A DNA stretch of 64,000 nt from the human T2T-CHM13v2.0 reference genome, Homo sapiens, in NCBI RefSeq assembly GCF_009914755.1, contig NC_060931.1; one strand, 5' to 3'. Position numbers and translations under genes: made by a program. Shown one piece after another: positions 40,541 to 56,228 of this stretch. Below the pieces are notes generated by a model that had not been told where the DNA came from, did not search any database, and saw nothing but the letters and a program-made list of their open reading frames with translations. Numbering within the stretch: position 1 is the stretch's first letter; every line of letters begins with the position of its first letter.

Positions 40541-41129
40541 GTTGTTGCAGCTGTTGCAATATGATCGAGGTCTTTACTGACCCAGTGAAAACCTTCTACT
40601 GCTTGCTCTAAGAAACCATTTCCTTCTTCCTAATTAGTCCTCAGTAAAGTGAATAAGTTATTAGAGAACATGGTCTAAAAACAATCATTTATATTAGGAC
40701 TTCATCGTGTAGTTGAAACGTCATGCCATGGCTTGGAAATATCATGGAAATGTGGCATGAACTCTTCCCGGGGTGGTAGGAGATCAATGAGGAGCATTGG
40801 GAGCCAAGAAAAGAAGCCAAAAAAAAAAATCATTAGAGGAAACTTTCCTTCTCTCACCCATGTGCATTTTGAATTCAACATATCGTTGGCAGGTTTTCTT
40901 TAGGTCAAGGACAGCTTTAAAGAAAACTGTTTTAGATCCTCCAACTCTCCTTCATAAACCTATCCCACTACATAGCTTTACAAATTGCCTCTTTTGGAGA
41001 TTTTCCCAGAACTATCCTCTTCACTCTGCACACAGCAAGAAATTAGCCTTCTGCTCTTTTACTATTCCGTTCCTTTACAATTCATGCTACTTCAGTATAC
41101 TTAACCCAGAATTTATTCAAGTTTTATGT

Positions 41130-42810
41130 GTTAATTTAACAAATATTTATTTAGTGACTACCTTTATTGTACCAGTTAAACATATAACAGGAAACAAAAC
41201 TCAAAAACAGTTCTGCCCTCACTGAGCTTATATTTTGGTGGAAAGATACAGACAATTAATTGAACCAAATAAATTATAGTGTATATTAGAAAAGGATAAG
41301 GGCTGTGAAAACAAATAAAGTAAGGAAGGGGAGTGAAATATACTGGGAAGTAGAGTTTCAATTTTTTAGAAACAGCTTCCCTGAGAAGATGGCAATTTAG
41401 TAACATAACCAAGGTTGCAAGTCAGGAGGTTATTCATGGTGAAAGCAATGTAGGAAGGAAGAACTGCAAGTGCAAAGGCCAGGAGGCAGGAAGATGCCCT
41501 GCATGGTCCAAGAAGATAAAGGAAGCCCTTCTGGTTAGATCAGAGAAGATGAAGTCGAATAGGGCTGGTGTGGAGGGACCTGGAGAATATCTAGACTCTT
41601 GTAAGCTACTGAAAAAAAAAAATGTTGGCCTTTAGTCTGAGTAGGATGGGAAACATTTGAATATTTGAATGAAGAAGTGAAATGATCTGACTTGTGTTTT
41701 TTTAAAAGCTCATTCTAACTGCCACGTTGAAAATGGATGATAGGAAAGCAAGTTGAAAAAGGCTGACCAGTTAGAAAATATTACAAATATCCAGGTCGTT
41801 TTATTGGTAGGGCTAGAAGGAAGTGGTTGGACTCTGAATACGATGTGTTAACAGATGGACGAAAGGGAACAGTGACAGTGAGGGTCATGGAGGACATAGA
41901 GGTTTTTGGTTTTTGCCCTGGAGTATTAGAAAGTTCAAAGTTGTCATAAATTGAGATGGCAAAGGTTACATACAGCCTGCTTTTGGGTTCAGTATCAGGA
42001 CTGCAAATTTAGGCATGTTGACTTTGGGCTCTCTACTCATGATTCCAGGGAAGATGTGGAATAGGCACTTGAATATAGAAATCTGGAATTCAGGGGAGAC
42101 ATGATCTGGGGGTGTACAACTTGAAGAATTCCCAATATAGAGATGATATTTGAAGTTGTGAGACTGAAGGAGAATGCTAAGGGAGTGAGTGTAGAAAGAA
42201 AAGGTGGAAAGTCTGAGGCTGATCTTCATTTGCACTCTAATATTAATCGGTTGGTGAGAGAGGAAGAAGCAGAGAGTAGAAGCAGATGATGGAGGAATGG
42301 CTAAGGATTGGTGTAAAGGCCTGCAAATAAAATCGTGTCAAGGAACAGTAGATGAACAAGTAGGTCAAATGCTGCTGAATAGTCATTAAGATGAGGACTG
42401 AAAATAATGATGAGCCTAAGAAATGAGTTGGTGTGCCTGTATGGAGTAGTTTCAAGAAAGAATGAAAGTAAAAAGCTATTGAAACCAGAGAATACAGATT
42501 CTTACTTTTGAAAGTGAGTTTTGCTACAAAGGGGATCAGAAAAATTGGGTAATAGGTACAGAGGAAAACATGGTTATGATTATTTTTAATGAAAGAAACG
42601 TGTTTGTATGATAATGGAAATGAATCAGTGGAGGCTAAAACAGTCAGTAATGTAGGAGAAAGGGGGAATTGCTGGAGAAATTTCCCTGAGCAGGAAGGGG
42701 AAAGGGGCTATAAGATCTGGTGCACAAGAGAAGGATCCAGCTTTAGGAGCAAGGACAATTAATCTTGTTAAAAGAGGGAAGACTGAGCAGATGACTCACT
42801 GGTTAGATGT
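41130..42810 (-). mobile_element. L2a-like LINE, ~1.7 kb 3' portion
   Basis: TTTAACAAATATTTATT..TCTGCCCTCACTGAGCTTATATT..TGCAAAGGCCAGGAGGCAGGAAG..ATCTGGAATTCAGGGGAGA..GTCAAATGCTGCTGA..AAGATGAGGACTGA. Confidence 0.85.
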
Positions 42811-42939
42811 AAACAGCCTCTCAGCCTTTCTTGGAGCATTCTCATTTAGATATAAGATACTATTTAAGTAACGAAATATCTAATCATATCATTTCAGTAA
42901 ATTTAAATGAAGAATTTCCATTAGGATATGGAACTCACT

Positions 42940-43327
42940 TTTTTATTTTTTTATTATACTTTAAGTTCTGGGATACATGTGCAGAACATGCAGGTTTGTT
43001 ACGTAGGTATACACGTGCCATGGTGGTTTGCTGCACCCATCAACCCGTCATCTACATTAGGTATTTCTCCTAATGTTATCCCTCCCCTAGTCCCCCACCC
43101 CCCAACAGGCCCTGGAGTGTGATGGTCCCCTCCCTGTGTCCATGTGTTCTCATTGTTCAACTCCCACTTATGAGTGAGAACATGCAGTGTTTGGGTTTCT
43201 GTTCTTGTGTTATTTTGCTGAGAATGATGGTTTCCAGCTTCATTCATGTCCCTGTAAGAGACATGAACTCATCCTTTTGTATGGCTGCATAGTATTCCAT
43301 GGTGTATATGTGCCACATTTTCTTTAT
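42940..43327 (-). mobile_element. L1PA7-like 3' end, 5'-truncated
   Basis: TTATTATACTTTAAGTTCTGGGATACATGTGCAGAACATGCAGG..GTGCCACATTTTCTTTAT; (TA)n(GA)n at the truncation point. Confidence 0.94.
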
Positions 43328-44539
43328 ATATATATATAGAGAGAGAGAGACTAGATAGAAACTCTTAAATCCTAATATGCAAATCTAACCTGGGAAAACC
43401 ATTACACTGGTTAAAAGTAGCCCATTTGGGATGCACAAAATTCATTTTTTTCCTTATGCCTGACAGGACATCCAGCAACTCCAGTTTGTAAATGAGCTTA
43501 TTCATTTGAACTGGGATCCATAGCTTTACTCAAGAATGAACAGCTTGGTTCATCTCTCCTTGAAAATTGCTGTTAGAATTAAACTCCTTAGTCAATCTTT
43601 TAACTCAACTGTTTCAAAACTCCTTTGGTTTTGAATCAATAAAAGCATTGAGGATGTGGCAGTTGAGCAGATGGGTGGTCCACTTGGTAAAGCTTTGTTA
43701 TCTCCATGTAAGCCACAATAAAACTCTGACCTGACAAAAAGAAAGTGTTTACACAAATCAAAACAGAAACCTCTATACTATAAGTTACACAGTGTTTCCA
43801 GTTGGTATCTACAAGTATTAATGCAGACACAGTGACAGGTTTCAAATAAACTTGATAGAAAAGGCCATTCATATTTTATCATGTTGGGTTGATGGACTTA
43901 CAATTGAGAACAATGTTTTACTCAAGCTTAGTGAAAACTCCTAGGTAGTAATCAATATTCTCAGTCACCATTGCATTGAAAATATGTTCTTGTCTATGTC
44001 GACAAAGGCATCAAATTAAACTTGCAAAGGTAGATTATTTTTTATCTTTTCTCCTGATGTAACAAATACATATTATAACTGAAATTGCAATATAATAAAT
44101 TAAAAAATAAATGCTATTCAGATTTGAAAGAAAATAACGGGACATCTAATCCATGGCTCTATTAATGCTTTATATTTTGTGGCTTAAAACCATCTTTCTA
44201 AATATTAAATATAAATTCTGCTAAAATAGTGAGGGGGACATAGTTGAAACTTACTATACATCAAACTACGAGTTTCCAATCTTTAAGCAAAAATATAGTT
44301 ACTAAAATGTTGTTTACAAATTATTTTTAAAATTTTAATACTGACATGCAATTAAATGATCCAAAGGCTTCATACATTTACCACATGTTAAATGAAGAAC
44401 ACGCTTTTGAAGAAATCTGAGGTTTCATAAACTGTTATTTACTGAGTTTGTTTTGCATCCAAGATCTCAGGAGGATTTAATCTTTCATCTGTTTTTCAAA
44501 GCCTCCGTTACATTTTATTTTTTATTTTTTGAATTTATT

Positions 44540-44831
<292 letters not shown>

Positions 44832-46264
44832 TGAAATATTTAATTGACATAACGATTATACATATTTAAGGGGTAAAAGAAGATTTGATATACATATATA
44901 ATTATCACAATCAAAGTAATTAATGCATCTATCCTGCATTAATTAATCCAGGCTGTACATTAGACCTCTAGAACTTGTTCATCTTATAACTGAAAGTTTG
45001 TACCCTTGAACCAACATCTCCTCATTTACTCCACACCCTATCCCCTGACAACCACTATTCTCCTCTTTGTTTTTGTGACTGAACTTTTAGATTCCACATA
45101 TATGTGAGATTATACACTATTTGTCCTTCTGTGTCTGGCTCATTTTACTTAGCCTAATGTATTAGTCTATTCTCACACTGCTATAAAGATACTACCTGAG
45201 ACTGGGTAATTTATAAAGGGAAGAGCTTTAATTGGCTCACAGATCTGTGTGGCTGGGGAGACCTCAGGAAACTTACAATCATGGTAGAAGGCAGAAGACA
45301 AAAAGGAATCAAAGCACGTATTACATGGCAGCAGACAAAAGAGAAGAGTGAAGCAAGCGGGAACTGCCAAACACTTTTAAAACATCAGCTCTCCTGAGAA
45401 CGCACTCACTACAATGAGAAAAGCATGGGGGATACCGTCTTCACGATCCAACTACAATTCAAGATGAAATTTGGGTGGGGACACAGAGCCAAACCATATC
45501 ACCTAATGTCCTCCAGTTTCATCCATGTTGTCACATATGGCAGTGTTTCCTTCTTTTTTAAGGCTGAATAATATTCTATTCAATACAGCACATTTTCTTT
45601 GTCCATTCATCTGTGACTGACACTTAGGTTGTTTCTATTACATATCTTGGCTCTTGTGAATAATGTGGCAATAGACATGGGAGAGTAGATATCTCTTTGA
45701 CATACTATTTTATTTCCTTTTGATATATACCCAGAAGTGGGATTGCCAGATCACGTGATAGTTCTATTTTAAGGTTTTTGAGGAAGCTCCATGATATTTT
45801 CCATAGTGGCTGTACAAATTTACATTCCCACTAACAGTGTACAAGAGTTCACTTTTCTTTACACCCTTGCCAACATTTATTATCACGTGTCTTTTTGATA
45901 ACCATCCCAGCAAGTATGAGGTGATACCTCATTATGGTTTTAATTTGTATTTTTCTGATGATTAGTGATGCTGAGCATCTCTTCATATACCTGTTGGCCA
46001 TTTATATGTCTTTGCTGGAAAATGTCTCTTCAGGTCCTTGGCCCATTTTTGAATCAGGTTATTTTTAAACATTGAGTTGTGTGAGATCTTTATATGATTT
46101 GGACATTAACTCCTCATCAGATATAAGGTTTGCAAATATTTTCTTCCATATCATAGATTGCCTTTTTATTTTGTTAATTGATTTTTGTTTTTGTTTGTGA
46201 TTTTTGCTGTGTGGATACTTTTTAGTTTTATATAGTCCTGCTTGTTTATTTGCGCTTTTGTTGC
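44832..46264 (-). mobile_element. L1MA-type 3' segment (non-inverted part of a twin-primed L1)
   Basis: CTAGAACTTGTTCATCTTATAACTGAAAGTTTGTACCC..TTTTTAGATTCCACATATATGTGAGAT..CCCAGAAGTGGGATTGC.. running into the ORF2 end. Confidence 0.9.
45158..45501 (-). mobile_element. MSTA/B-like MaLR solo LTR inside L1MA
   Basis: TGTATTAGTCTATTCTCACACTGCTATAAAG..GGGGACACAGAGCCAAACCATATCA; perfect TSD CCTAA (45153-45157 / 45502-45506). Confidence 0.92.
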
Positions 46265-47066
46265 AAGACACAAAATCAACATACAAATCAGTTGCATTTT
46301 TATACACTGAAAACAAACCAACTGAAACAGAAAATAAGAAAATGATCCCATTTATAATAGATAGCATTAAAAGAACAAGAGACTTAGGAATACATTTATC
46401 CAAGAAGGTGAAGATCTGTACACTGAAAACTATCAGACATTTATGAAAGAAATTGAAGAAGGCACAGATAAATGAAAAGATAGCCCATATACATGGATTG
46501 GAAGAATCAATATTATTTAAATGTACATATAAACCACAGCGATCTACAAATTCAAACTAGTCATCAAAATTCCAATGGCGTTTTTCACGGAAATGCCGTT
46601 TCACAGAAATGCCACAGAAAAGACAATCCTAAAGTTTTAATGAAACCACAAGACTGCAAACAGCCAAAACGCTCCTGGGAAATAACAAAGCTGGAGGCAT
46701 CACAGTCCTTGCTTTCAAATTATGTTACAAGACTATGGTAGTAAAACAGTATGGTCTGGCATAAGCACAGACACAGAAATACAACAAAAGAGAGAGCCTA
46801 GAAATAAATTTACACACACATTATCAACTAATCTTTGACATGGCACCAAAAATACACAATGGGGAAAGGATAGTTTCATCAATAAATGATGTTTGGGAAA
46901 ACTGGATATTCATATGTAAAAGAATAAAATTAGACTCCTGTATTATCCAATGTAAAAAATTAACTGAAATGGATTCGAGACTTAAATGAAATATCTGAAA
47001 CCATAATATTCCTAGAAAAAAACGTAGGGGGAAACTTTCTGACATTGATCTTGGTAATGACTTTTT
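46260..47066 (+). mobile_element. Inverted 5' segment of the same L1MA (ORF2)
   Basis: GTTGCAAGACACAAAATCAACATACAAATCAGTTGCATTT..CATGGATTGGAAGAATCAATATT..GACATTGATCTTGGTAATGACTTTTTT. Confidence 0.9.
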
Positions 47067-47593
47067 TAAAAGCGTTTATCTTCTTTTCTTTTTCTGAAGA
47101 ACAATTATTGAAACCACCATTTCAGGGTGATCTGTAACTGGTAAGCAAAATAAACCATGTAAAAGAGGAGAAGCCTTGAGTGTAGATGAATGTGGTTTCT
47201 CTAGTTCAATCATAACATTAAAATTTCATAATTAAAGAAAATTAGTTCTATTATTTCTGTATTTATGAACAAATTGGACAAACTATTATCTTCCAATCTG
47301 TAACTGTACATGGGCTTTTCAGATTGATTCTACCTAAAGAAAATCAAAACGAAGGTTTATATATTCCTTCAGTAAAATCACTCATAGTTTCCCTTATTTA
47401 GTTAGCATGGTGTCTTTATAAACAGATGACTTAAAAGTGAACAGAAAATGGAGAACAAAATAACTCAGGATCCCACCTTAGAGATAAAGCTCTCATGACT
47501 GTTTTAGCAGGGTTAACAAACGTTCCCTATTTCTTCCATAAGTTAGGCTGCCTGGGTCCATGACACGGCTTGATGGACAGGGTGATCCCTAGT

Positions 47594-47638
47594 CACCTGT
47601 GCGCAGCTGCTGCTTCTGCCAGCTGAACTGTTGACTCA
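47594..47638. promoter_or_regulatory. Candidate enhancer motif cluster (3 E-boxes + AP-1)
   Basis: CACCTG 47594, GCAGCTGC 47603-47610, CAGCTG 47620 and TGACTCA 47632 within 45 bp of non-repeat sequence; motif evidence only. Confidence 0.35.
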
Positions 47639-48404
47639 CAGAGTCTGCAATATTTCTTTTCTTACATTAAATTTAAGCCATCTTTACTTGCTATTTTAAT
47701 TCCACAATTTAACAAATTATAACATAACCCTAATAAAATGTGATATGTAGAGAAAACAAACTTTGTCATGAACACCTACTTTAATGATTTGTAAAGACTC
47801 CAAAGTGTTATTTAAGTATTATATTAAAGTATTGTGGTGTGAGAACCATAAAATTTTGACCAAAAAAGCAAAAAAAAAAAATGCAACAAAAATTAATAGA
47901 GACAGTTGACTACTGGTCACACTCTAAAGAAATTGTTAATATTATACACACACATACACATACACATGTAATTTATTTTTTAAATACTATGCTGCAGTGA
48001 TCCAATTATACCTTATTTGAAAAAAGGAAAAAAGTCTTATATAAAAACATTGATGAATTAATGAAAATATATGTCTAAAACAAAGATATATAATTTAAAA
48101 TAATTTTCATCTTTTATCAAATATTTTGATTTACTATCAGTCTTGATCATATTATTTCCATGACAGTAATTATTTGCTATATTCACTCTAAATTCACTGT
48201 CTTTATTACATCTCTTTGTAATTATTAATGAAAATATTCCACTTTTAAATACCTATGTTTCCCAGGGGTTGCTTTGTGTAAAAAATATTAGCATGCTACA
48301 AACTATGAGCTATCCACAGTAAAAAAAAAAAAAAAAACTCAAAAGAAAATCTAATTGCTATTTTATTCATTTGATTTTATAACCTCAAACTCACAGAATA
48401 CTGA

Positions 48405-48921
<517 letters not shown>

Positions 48922-49223
48922 CAGAGTATTCTTTATAGCAAAATGATGCAGTTCAGAGTCACATGTTGCAGCGAGTTTCATTGATCCTTAATTTCCCTCA
49001 GCCTGGGAGATTGCTGTCTTTCCTTGACACTCAAGACTGAAATTTTATCGATGAGGCCGTTTGTTTTGCAGACTTGGTCTTCATTTGGGTTTCTCTCATG
49101 GTTAGTTTCAAGTTTTGCATCTTTGGCAGGAATATCACAGGAGTGATCCTGTTTCATACTCATCATGCCAAGGGCTGCACAGTTTCAAGCCATCCCATTA
49201 TTGTGATTATTTGATGCAGACGC

Positions 49224-49627
49224 TTTGATGGTTAATGTTATGTGAACTGAGCTAGGACACAGGGTGCCCAGACATTTAGCCAGACATTATATTCTGGGTG
49301 CTTTTGTGAGGGTGTTTCCTGATGAATTGGCAGACTGAGTAAAGCAGAAGGGGCTCCCCATTGTGGAAGAGCCTCATCCAATCAGTTGAAGGCCTGATTA
49401 GAACAAAAAGACTGACTCTTCCCCGAGTGAGAGAGAATTCTTGCTTGCTGGCCTTGACTTAGACATTGTTTTTTTTTCCTGTCTTTGGACTCAAACTAGT
49501 ATTAAACTATAGGCTTTCCTGGGTCTCCAGCTTTCCAGCTCACCTGGAAGATCCTTAGACTTGCGAGGTTCTGTGATTACCTGAGACAATTCCTTACAAT
49601 GAACCTTTTTATAGAGATGGAGTTTTT

Positions 49628-49668
<41 letters not shown>

Positions 49669-49732
49669 TTACATATACACATACACGTGTATCCTATTTG
49701 TTCTATTTCTCTGAAGAACCCTGACTAATACA
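49224..49732 (+). mobile_element. MLT2D-like ERVL solo LTR
   Basis: TGATGGTTAATGTTATGTG..GGGTGCCCAGACATTT..CCTCATCCAATCAGTTGAAGGCCTGA..GAAGAACCCTGACTAATACA. Confidence 0.9.
49629..49666. repeat. (GT)19 microsatellite
   Basis: Perfect dinucleotide run inside MLT2D. Confidence 0.97.
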
Positions 49733-51009
49733 GGTGTTGTGTACCAGACTTCCCCACTATGAGAATGCCTTTTCCCTTGGCAATTAGTATTTTTGTGGAG
49801 GTACTTTGAAATATAAATGCCTTCTCCTAATCAGATCTCACATTTATTTCTTTATGTACTTATATCGGTATGGATTAAAAGTGTCCTATTTTATTTAAGG
49901 TGTAATAATCCATTCTCGCTTCTATTTTTTCACACTGAAGCCCACGTTGTTCCAGATTTAACCCATGGGAGCCCCTTCCAGCAGGTGTCTGTGTCCTTTC
50001 ATTATGGTGCTATCATTTCGTGAGTGTCTTCCTGCTTTCTGGCAGTAAATGTTGTTCCAAAATCATCTTGTATTTTCCCAACTTGGAATATAATAAGCCC
50101 ATTCTTCAAGGTCCTCCCAGTAGATGCCCGAGGGACTACATGCACATCTGTGTGTAGATGAATAACATACTTATTCACAACAATACTTAATTTGCTACTT
50201 TTAAATATGAAAGACCGTGAATTCACACAAGTACTTCCAATGCCAACCCAATGTCATAGGGTTCATTCCAGTCTTCCTCTTTGACATAATTTGACTCTCT
50301 TTTCCAACTGGAAAAATCCTGGCTCCCATTGTCTTTGATATACTTATTTATATACTTAACCCCCAGTTATAAGCAATTTCTTGTCACTACTGCTGCCATC
50401 TCTCCATGTCTGGATACCCTCCAAACCTAACTCAGGCACTGACCTCCCCACTGCAGGAAACTCCCCCTACTGCAGGGACGCTGTCTTCACTAACACTTCA
50501 TATCAAGCCATTCTCACTTGAGAAAGCCTCTTCACCTGCTCAGACTCTGATACGCTGTGTGGGCTGCCCCCATTCCTTGGTTGCCCTAAACCCCACTGGC
50601 TCTCTGATTTTCCATGCCTGGCTAATTCTCTATATAACTGTGCCTATTCTGCTGTGTGTCACCTACTGAGTTTTCATTTCAACAATTACATTTTATTTTA
50701 AGCTTGTTTTTTTTTTTTTAACAGTCTATCCTCCTTTAAACATTTCATGTACTTAATAGTCTGTATCTGATCATTCCAATTTCACTGGAGTCTGTAAATT
50801 TTGTTTATTGTTTGTACTCACTCTCACTTGTCGTATTCCTTCAATTTTTTTTTCTTTTTGGTTGGTTTTTTTTTTCTTTTTTAAATCTTAACCTGTAAAA
50901 ATCCCAATTGTCTAAATTGAGAGTGCTTTCTCTAGAAAGAAATTTCTATTTTATTCTGCTCGGAGCTGGGGGCACTGCCAACAATCTAGTCAACTCCTGT
51001 ATGACTTAT

Positions 51010-51992
<983 letters not shown>

Positions 51993-52258
51993 CACTTCCA
52001 GCATGCAATAAGCAATTACTGCTGGCATTTGTACAAGTACACAGTGGTGGAAATTCAGTCATATGTACATTTCTATCAACTATTACTAAAGCAGAAATAT
52101 TATGAAACAGTTAAAAAATATACATGGGTTATGATTATCCCTGTTCATTGAAACAGTCCTGGAAAAACATTTTTTATCAGGTTGTAAACACTCACTTTAA
52201 AAATTAATAAAAAGTTAATATAAAGTCTAGAAATTTAAATTCCATGGGATAGTGCTAA

Positions 52259-52662
<404 letters not shown>

Positions 52663-52704
52663 CGAGATATAGTCCAAATTTCATTCCTACAAATATGTGT
52701 GCAG

Positions 52705-52729
52705 ACACACACACACACACACACACACA
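52705..52729. repeat. (AC)12 microsatellite
   Basis: Read directly. Confidence 0.95.
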
Positions 52730-53530
52730 GATTTTATCTGGATATCCTCTAGTTGCTTTAATTCTTTCTAAATAGTCATCTAAATCCTGATGAAGCAGGA
52801 GATAGGTTTAGTGATGGTTTCAATGGAATGCTATCGAAAATTTTCATTTTGTTTTTTTTTCACATCAGAATCAATAAATGTTAGCCAACTCTCCTGCTTA
52901 ATCGTCCCATTGAGAATATATTTTATTTCTTAGTGTCTGTGCCTAATATAGCCTGTTTATATGACCACACTAGAAGCTTGAGATCTAGTCCTACTTATTA
53001 TTTCTTCATTTAGATGTATTTCCAGTAAACGTAATTAAATTCAAGCTCTCAGATATTTCTTTCATTAACCATTTATTCTCCCTTTCTGTTATCAGATACA
53101 GATTCAACAATTAATTTCCTGATTAATAACAATTGCTATAAAAGCATCATTCAGTCCACTAAGTTGCTGTGTTTCTAGAAGATTTGATTCAAAGGTTTGT
53201 TCTTATTTCTGGCTTCAATATCCATTGTTAAGTCTTGCCCTAGGGTAGACCACAAGAGATTTAGAGCAACTAAACTATACTAAATTGGTTATAATTCAAT
53301 GTAGTTTAATATACAAGGAAATGGATAATCTATTTACCATCCAACTCAAAAGAAGAAAGAAAAAGAGAGTGAGAGTGCAGGTCATTTTATAGGAAAGGAA
53401 TGTTTTTAAGAACCTATCAAAGATTCTCTCAGTCAGTAGATAGATGGTATGCAAAACTCTGCTTGATAAAAACATTGCAAAAGTGTTTTTGTACTTTTTT
53501 TGAGTTTACATCTCAAAACCTGCTCACTTT

Positions 53531-53870
<340 letters not shown>

Positions 53871-54197
53871 TTAAAGTTAATAACCACTCTAATGGGCATA
53901 GAAACTTTCTGAAAATAATGACTATATTATGAAGGACAAATACAGTACAGTTTAAGGAATCTTGCTTAATAAATATTTAAGGGTTTCATTGCCATTTCTA
54001 GAAGTTAAACAGAACAAAACACATTGTAAATTCTAAACTATTCCTGCAACATGATTTTCCATGAATCTACAACATACCGTATTCATTTTATAGATATCAT
54101 CATCCTCTTTTCAGTAATTGAAAGTATTTTCCACAATACTGAGTCAAGTGGCGATATGAATATGACAGGTGTGAGCTCCAAGTCGTAATGCATCTTT

Positions 54198-54324
54198 TTC
54201 ATATATAATATTTTTTATTTCAAAGTTTTTGGGGTACAAGTGGCTTTTGGTAACATGGATGAATTATACAGCAGTGAATTATGAGATTTTGGTGTATCCA
54301 TCCTGCAAGTAGTGTACATTATTT
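54198..54324 (-). mobile_element. Very short L1PB4/L1MA-type 3' end inserted in MIR
   Basis: TTTTTGGGGTACAAGTGGCTTTTGGTAACATGGATGAATTATACAG..GTAGTGTACATT; flanking repeat CATCTTT (54191-54197 / 54325-54331). Confidence 0.8.
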
Positions 54325-54690
54325 CATCTTTGCCACTTCCTAGCCAAGTGATTTTGGAAAAGCTGATAAACTTTTTATGCCTCATTTTTTTAATCCATAG
54401 AACGAGGACAACCATAGTATTTAGCCTGGCAACATAGCAAGATGCCATCTCTACAAAAAAAACATGAAAAACAAATCAGCTGAGTGTCATGGCATGCGCC
54501 TCTCGTTCCTGCTACTCAGGGGCCTGAGGCAGGAGGATAGCTTGAACCCTGGAGAGTTCAAGGCTGCAGTGAGCTATGATTGTGCCACCGCACTCCAGCT
54601 TGGGTGATAGATGGAGACCCTGTCTCTAATAAAAAGAAAATGCATAGTATTTATTTTATAATGTCGTGGCAATGAGCAAATACAGGTAAA
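54325..54690 (+). mobile_element. MIR, split by a truncated Alu
   Basis: TGCCACTTCCTAGCCAAGTGATTTTGGAAAAG..TGCCTCATTTTTTTAATCCATAGAA..ATAGTATTTA, resuming after the Alu. Confidence 0.65.
54423..54640 (+). mobile_element. 5'-truncated AluJ
   Basis: AGCCTGGCAACATAGCAAGA..GAGTTCAAGGCTGCAGTGAGCTATGAT; TSD CATAGTATTT(A) 54413-54423 / 54643-54653. Confidence 0.9.
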
Positions 54691-55647
54691 CCAGTCACAG
54701 TAAAATCTCAATAAACAAGGTGATTAGCTCACTACACATCTACATAAAACATAATAAAACAAAACAACTTTATTTCCTATTTTCCTTCCCAAGCTCCAGG
54801 CGTTTCACTTCCAATTTTGGAGTGAACAATTAAGTTAATTACTTACTGTGATTTCACATTACCTACGTTTGACTCAGCTGTGTATCTCCATAGCCTCTGT
54901 GGTGTTCGAGTTCCCTCAGTGTGTCACCTTTCTCATTGTCTTAGGAGTTTTCACTGCAGGAGACTCTGCAGTTACGGAGCCCACAGCACTGAGTAGGTCT
55001 CAGCCAATGTTTGGTTTGGCCAGCAGCAGAGTACTGACATCATGTTTATTATCCCAACCTCACTTTGTTTAATTACATATTTGTAAAAGAAAACAAATAC
55101 TGAAGATATATATAAAAATTCTGTGTCGAAGGGCATTATTTCTACATTATGACTCCTTTCATTTAAACATACAGACATTTGGTACCAAAAAGAAAATATA
55201 TTTGAGCCTTTTGGATTCATTTATTTGGGGGTGAGGTGGGACACTTTTATTTCAGTGTCATCTGTTTTCTCGATTTTGTAAAACTAAATGGTTCCATGTT
55301 TATTTGTATGGTTGAATAAACATCATAATGCAGGTGCAATGCCCAGTTTCAGGCAGTAGAGCATCTGTACTTAAAAGACCATCAGATTTGTATTAAGCTG
55401 TTGAAATTTGACTGCATAGTTAGGATCAGACGTTGCTTCAAGGTACAAGAATGAAGCAAGTCAATCTTTAACAACGTTTCTCTCTGTCATGGAGGCAGCT
55501 ACTGTCTTTAAGAGCAAGGACAAACACAATTTTCACTTTGTTAGAATTCTGGGTCATTCTCCCTGAGCTCTTTATATCAAAGCAATGGCATCTCTGGTCC
55601 TAGATACAAGCTCTAATTGTTTCTCCTTTTAGAAAATCATTTTTCTC

Positions 55648-56088
<441 letters not shown>

Positions 56089-56089
56089 C

Positions 56090-56228
56090 TAGAATTGCTA
56101 GATAAAATAAGAGGCCCAGTTAAATTTGAGTTTCAGATAACAAATGATGTTTTAGTGTAAGTATGGCCCATGCAATTCAAATTTGACTTGGTGTACTGTG
56201 TTTTTATTTGCTAAATCTGGCAAGCCTA
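56090..56228. mobile_element. MER53 palindromic DNA element (internally deleted)
   Basis: CCCAGTTAAATTTGAGTTTCAGATAACAA..GTAAGTATGGCCC..ATTCAAATTTGAC..TATTTGCTAAATCTGGCAAGCCT. Confidence 0.82.

Noticed and set aside
56090-56228. Imperfect palindrome as a novel hairpin
   Set aside because: Explained by the known palindromic MER53 element.
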